A DNA stretch of 64,000 bases, from positions 248,001-312,000 of IMG/VR virus record IMGVR_UViG_3300050821_013430; one strand, 5' to 3'. Shown here in pieces: positions 61,767 to 64,000 of the stretch; the first letter of the stretch is position 1; each line of letters begins with the position of its first letter. The notes under the pieces are model-generated. The model was not told where the DNA came from, did not search any database, and saw nothing but the letters and a program-made list of their open reading frames with translations. Made by a program: the position numbers and the translations under genes.

Positions 61767-62115
61767 GTTGTTTGACTCGCTTGATTAGGGTTTTGGTGCG
61801 CTTACTGGGCTTCTTAGTGAGGAATCCACATCCACGCGCAGACGCGTAGGGTGGAATAGAGATGAACTGCTTCTTGGTCAGATCGAGTATCTTGCCCGAC
61901 TCGTGTTTCAGAAACCAGTGAGTAGCGTTCTCGTGGCGGACGACCATCGGTTTCCATCCGGCTTTCTTACCGCCAAGGAGATGATAGGCACATTCAGATG
62001 CCGTATAACAATGATATGCCGTGGGGTGTATTCTTGCGCGCCATTGATACTTGGGTTTCAGTAAGTCGTCAGTCAGACTGGCTTGGATCAGTGAAGTAAG
62101 TTTGCGTAGGGTCAT
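61753..62115 (-). CDS. hypothetical phage protein
   Basis: HCYTASECAYHL...THWFL...ILDLT. Confidence 0.7.
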   Translation of the reverse strand: MTLRKLTSLIQASLTDDLLKPKYQWRARIHPTAYHCYTASECAYHLLGGKKAGWKPMVVRHENATHWFLKHESGKILDLTKKQFISIPPYASARGCGFLTKKPSKRTKTLIKRVKQHGHL

Positions 62116-62570
62116 CTAACGGTCATCCAGACTATCGGGATCAGAAAGAGAAGGTGAGTGAATTGATCGATGGCGATCATCAGGATGGCTCCAACCGGCT
62201 CTTGGATGGTGGTGCGAAAGGCTCGGATATCTGCTTCATCAATCCGCCAACGAAACTTCATGTCAGTCATGGCAGCAAAGGCGGGGGCCTTGCGGATATA
62301 CTTCATCCACATTACTGTTGAGTAGTAAGTGTCAATGGCGTGATGACTAACGAACAGGATGGCAAGTGATGCCAGTATCTTCCACCAGCACATTCCAAAC
62401 ATGAGGAGTACTGGTAGGAAGAGAAGCGCGTAGATGGCACAATGCTTGGTGCGGATGCGGAAGTTGGTACTCTTGTTAATAGCCTCAAAGTGAGACTGAG
62501 GTATCCAATCACTCAACACATGCACAAATGCATACCACGCGAAGTATCCACCAGCGATACCGTAGATCAT
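62112..62570 (-). CDS. DUF3307-like membrane protein
   Basis: HVLSDWIPQ, HC.IY, SHHAID, IDQFTH. Confidence 0.75.
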   Translation of the reverse strand: MIYGIAGGYFAWYAFVHVLSDWIPQSHFEAINKSTNFRIRTKHCAIYALLFLPVLLMFGMCWWKILASLAILFVSHHAIDTYYSTVMWMKYIRKAPAFAAMTDMKFRWRIDEADIRAFRTTIQEPVGAILMIAIDQFTHLLFLIPIVWMTVR

Positions 62571-62824
62571 AGTTCGTCCTCTTTCTCCGTCTCATCCCGC
62601 TCGAAAAACTGACACCCCATATGCTCGTACGAAAGAAGCCCTGCTCGCTCCGAAAGAGGATTCGTACAGACACCCCAGTCATATCCCTCATCACCTTTCA
62701 ATGGATGAAAGTGTTTGCACCCACACGAGCAATCAGGTTTCTCGTGGTTATCAGTATCGGTGCCAGCCTTATAGGCTTCTTGATCTCGACACACTTTCCA
62801 TAGTTGCAAGTGCGTAGCCATCAT
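62567..62824 (-). CDS. small Cys/His-rich protein
   Basis: CSCGCKHF...DWGVCTNP.S.RAG....EH.GC. Confidence 0.65.
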   Translation of the reverse strand: MMATHLQLWKVCRDQEAYKAGTDTDNHEKPDCSCGCKHFHPLKGDEGYDWGVCTNPLSERAGLLSYEHMGCQFFERDETEKEDEL

Positions 62825-63009
62825 TCATCTCCTACCAGCCACAACTCGTTCTCTACCACTGGCAACTGCATGTAGTAGCAGCGCATCGTAGTAGCAGCAA
62901 GGAGAGCAGCCTGCACATTGTCGGTCTCGACGACCAAAGTCTTCTTGCCCAACACCATAGTGATTGAGCACTGAAACTCTTGATCGCCTACTTGGATGGG
63001 GAAAGTCAT
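62821..63009 (-). CDS. hypothetical protein
   Basis: Coupled ORF. Confidence 0.55.
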   Translation of the reverse strand: MTFPIQVGDQEFQCSITMVLGKKTLVVETDNVQAALLAATTMRCYYMQLPVVENELWLVGDE

Positions 63010-63085
63010 TGGCTACCGCCGAATGATGAGGTAGAGGATGATTCCAACCATCAATACCAAAGCCGTAATCTCTGCGCCGTATTGT

Positions 63086-63334
63086 CTAAGCATGTACAGT
63101 CTCCATTAGTTGGGCGTCGATAGGACGCCAATGCACTTCCATGATGTCCCGCCCGTCCAGAGTATGGACAAACGGCAACCCCTCTTGACTGAGACGGATA
63201 TCCACCTTCTCTCCTTGGTAGAAGCGAGAGCGATGCCATTCCGATCCCAGGTAGCGATGATTGAGTTTGACGAAGAGGAACTCCCCCTTAGCCTGTACTG
63301 TCCGTTTCATCTGCCTTGGCATCTGCTCGAACAT
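63086..63334 (-). CDS. hypothetical protein
   Basis: GGAG SD before MFEQ. Confidence 0.5.
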   Translation of the reverse strand: MFEQMPRQMKRTVQAKGEFLFVKLNHRYLGSEWHRSRFYQGEKVDIRLSQEGLPFVHTLDGRDIMEVHWRPIDAQLMETVHA

Positions 63335-63500
63335 AGTTGTCTCCCCAGGCGATAGCCGCAGCATCGTCCTTGAAACCTGCCTGCTCGAATAGCAGTACCC
63401 CGTCCTTGTAGATGAATAGCCAGGTGCCATGATTACCATCCAACATTACGAGAGCGTAGGTAGTGTCGCCTATCTGAATCGTCTTCTCTCGGTTACGCAT
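63288..63500 (-). CDS. hypothetical protein
   Basis: ORF. Confidence 0.55.
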   Translation of the reverse strand: MRNREKTIQIGDTTYALVMLDGNHGTWLFIYKDGVLLFEQAGFKDDAAAIAWGDNYVRADAKADETDSTG

Positions 63501-63837
63501 TGAACACCAATCCATCGTGGGTATGGATACTGACTACCTGATCATTTGAGTTCAGATACACCAAGTCTCCGGTGTTGTACTTGATGGATGTACGACCAAT
63601 ACCGATGATGGCGGTCTCCTCAGCACCATTGGCATAATGCTTGATGACCAGATCGCTCTCCTTCAACTCATCTTCCTGGTGTCCCTTATGCCACTCACGG
63701 CACTTGGGGACATCGCATTCCAGGAATCCGTCAGCGTGCCAAGTCCAATGAACCGTTGAAACCATCGTTATTCCTTTGCTTATCACGTCGCAACTTCGCG
63801 ATTTCATTTGGTAATCAGGGCATAATGGTGCATCCAC
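63493..63837 (-). CDS. hypothetical protein
   Basis: ORF; start uncertain, abuts TnpB. Confidence 0.5.
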   Translation of the reverse strand: MDAPLCPDYQMKSRSCDVISKGITMVSTVHWTWHADGFLECDVPKCREWHKGHQEDELKESDLVIKHYANGAEETAIIGIGRTSIKYNTGDLVYLNSNDQVVSIHTHDGLVFNA

Positions 63838-63845
63838 TTAGACCC

Positions 63846-64000
63846 ATGATGACCTTCAAGTACAAACTCTACAAGAGCCATAAGTTTGGCTACTTAGAGG
63901 CACTTTTGCCCATCGCCTGCGATATCTACAACTGGGTGCTTTTGACCAAACGGGAAGCATATTCATGGGATAAGACCAACATCAGCCTTTATGAGATGCA
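63846..64000 (+). mobile_element. tnpB: IS200/IS605-family TnpB, N-terminal fragment (runs off window)
   Basis: Manual translation MMTFKYKLY...LEALL..ACDIYNWVL..KREAY..DKTNIS resembles the OrfB/TnpB N-terminus (T-Y-K-Y-R-L-Y...YN..L..R..AY). Confidence 0.65.

Noticed and set aside
1-64000. Alternative genetic code (common in some large phages)
   Set aside because: Recognisable genes (tsf, ung, rnhB, coaE) are full length in the standard code, and TAA, TAG and TGA are all used as coupled stops.

Overview
This window is a slice of a very large (jumbo/huge) tailed-phage genome, read with the standard bacterial code. Genes are dense, mostly on the minus strand and translationally coupled (ATGA/TGATG/TAATG overlaps). 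Recognisable genes: GroES, EF-Ts, RNase HII, uracil-DNA glycosylase, 5'-3' exonuclease, 5'(3')-deoxyribonucleotidase, CYTH protein, fatty-acid-hydroxylase/desaturase-family enzyme, kinase-like protein, CX5R phosphatase, metallophosphoesterase, TrmH methyltransferase, PLP aminotransferase, deaminase, dephospho-CoA kinase, SLT transglycosylase, two Kelch proteins, several metalloprotease-like and Cys-rich lipoproteins (suggesting a myxobacterial host; inference), six free-standing HNH/GIY-YIG/LAGLIDADG nucleases and the start of a TnpB. The dominant unexplained structure is a family of about 46 small ORFs in about 13 clusters. They all end in the same C-x-Q-C-x-x-x-H tag (usually CPQCGE/KxH), which is appended to several unrelated bodies. 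The tag's DNA often doubles as the Shine-Dalgarno and start codon of the next gene. An 'empty' unit, a fused double-tag unit and an out-of-frame orphan tag suggest an actively rearranging cassette system. Other signals: three tandem tRNA-like genes with aberrant anticodon and T loops; a G(A)CAT-N6/7-ATG motif at mostly SD-less gene starts (candidate leaderless late promoter); and a shared N-terminal amphipathic helix in several of those same genes. All assignments are from motif reading; no database searches were run. Many start coordinates were re-called from the ORF track using SD and overlap logic.
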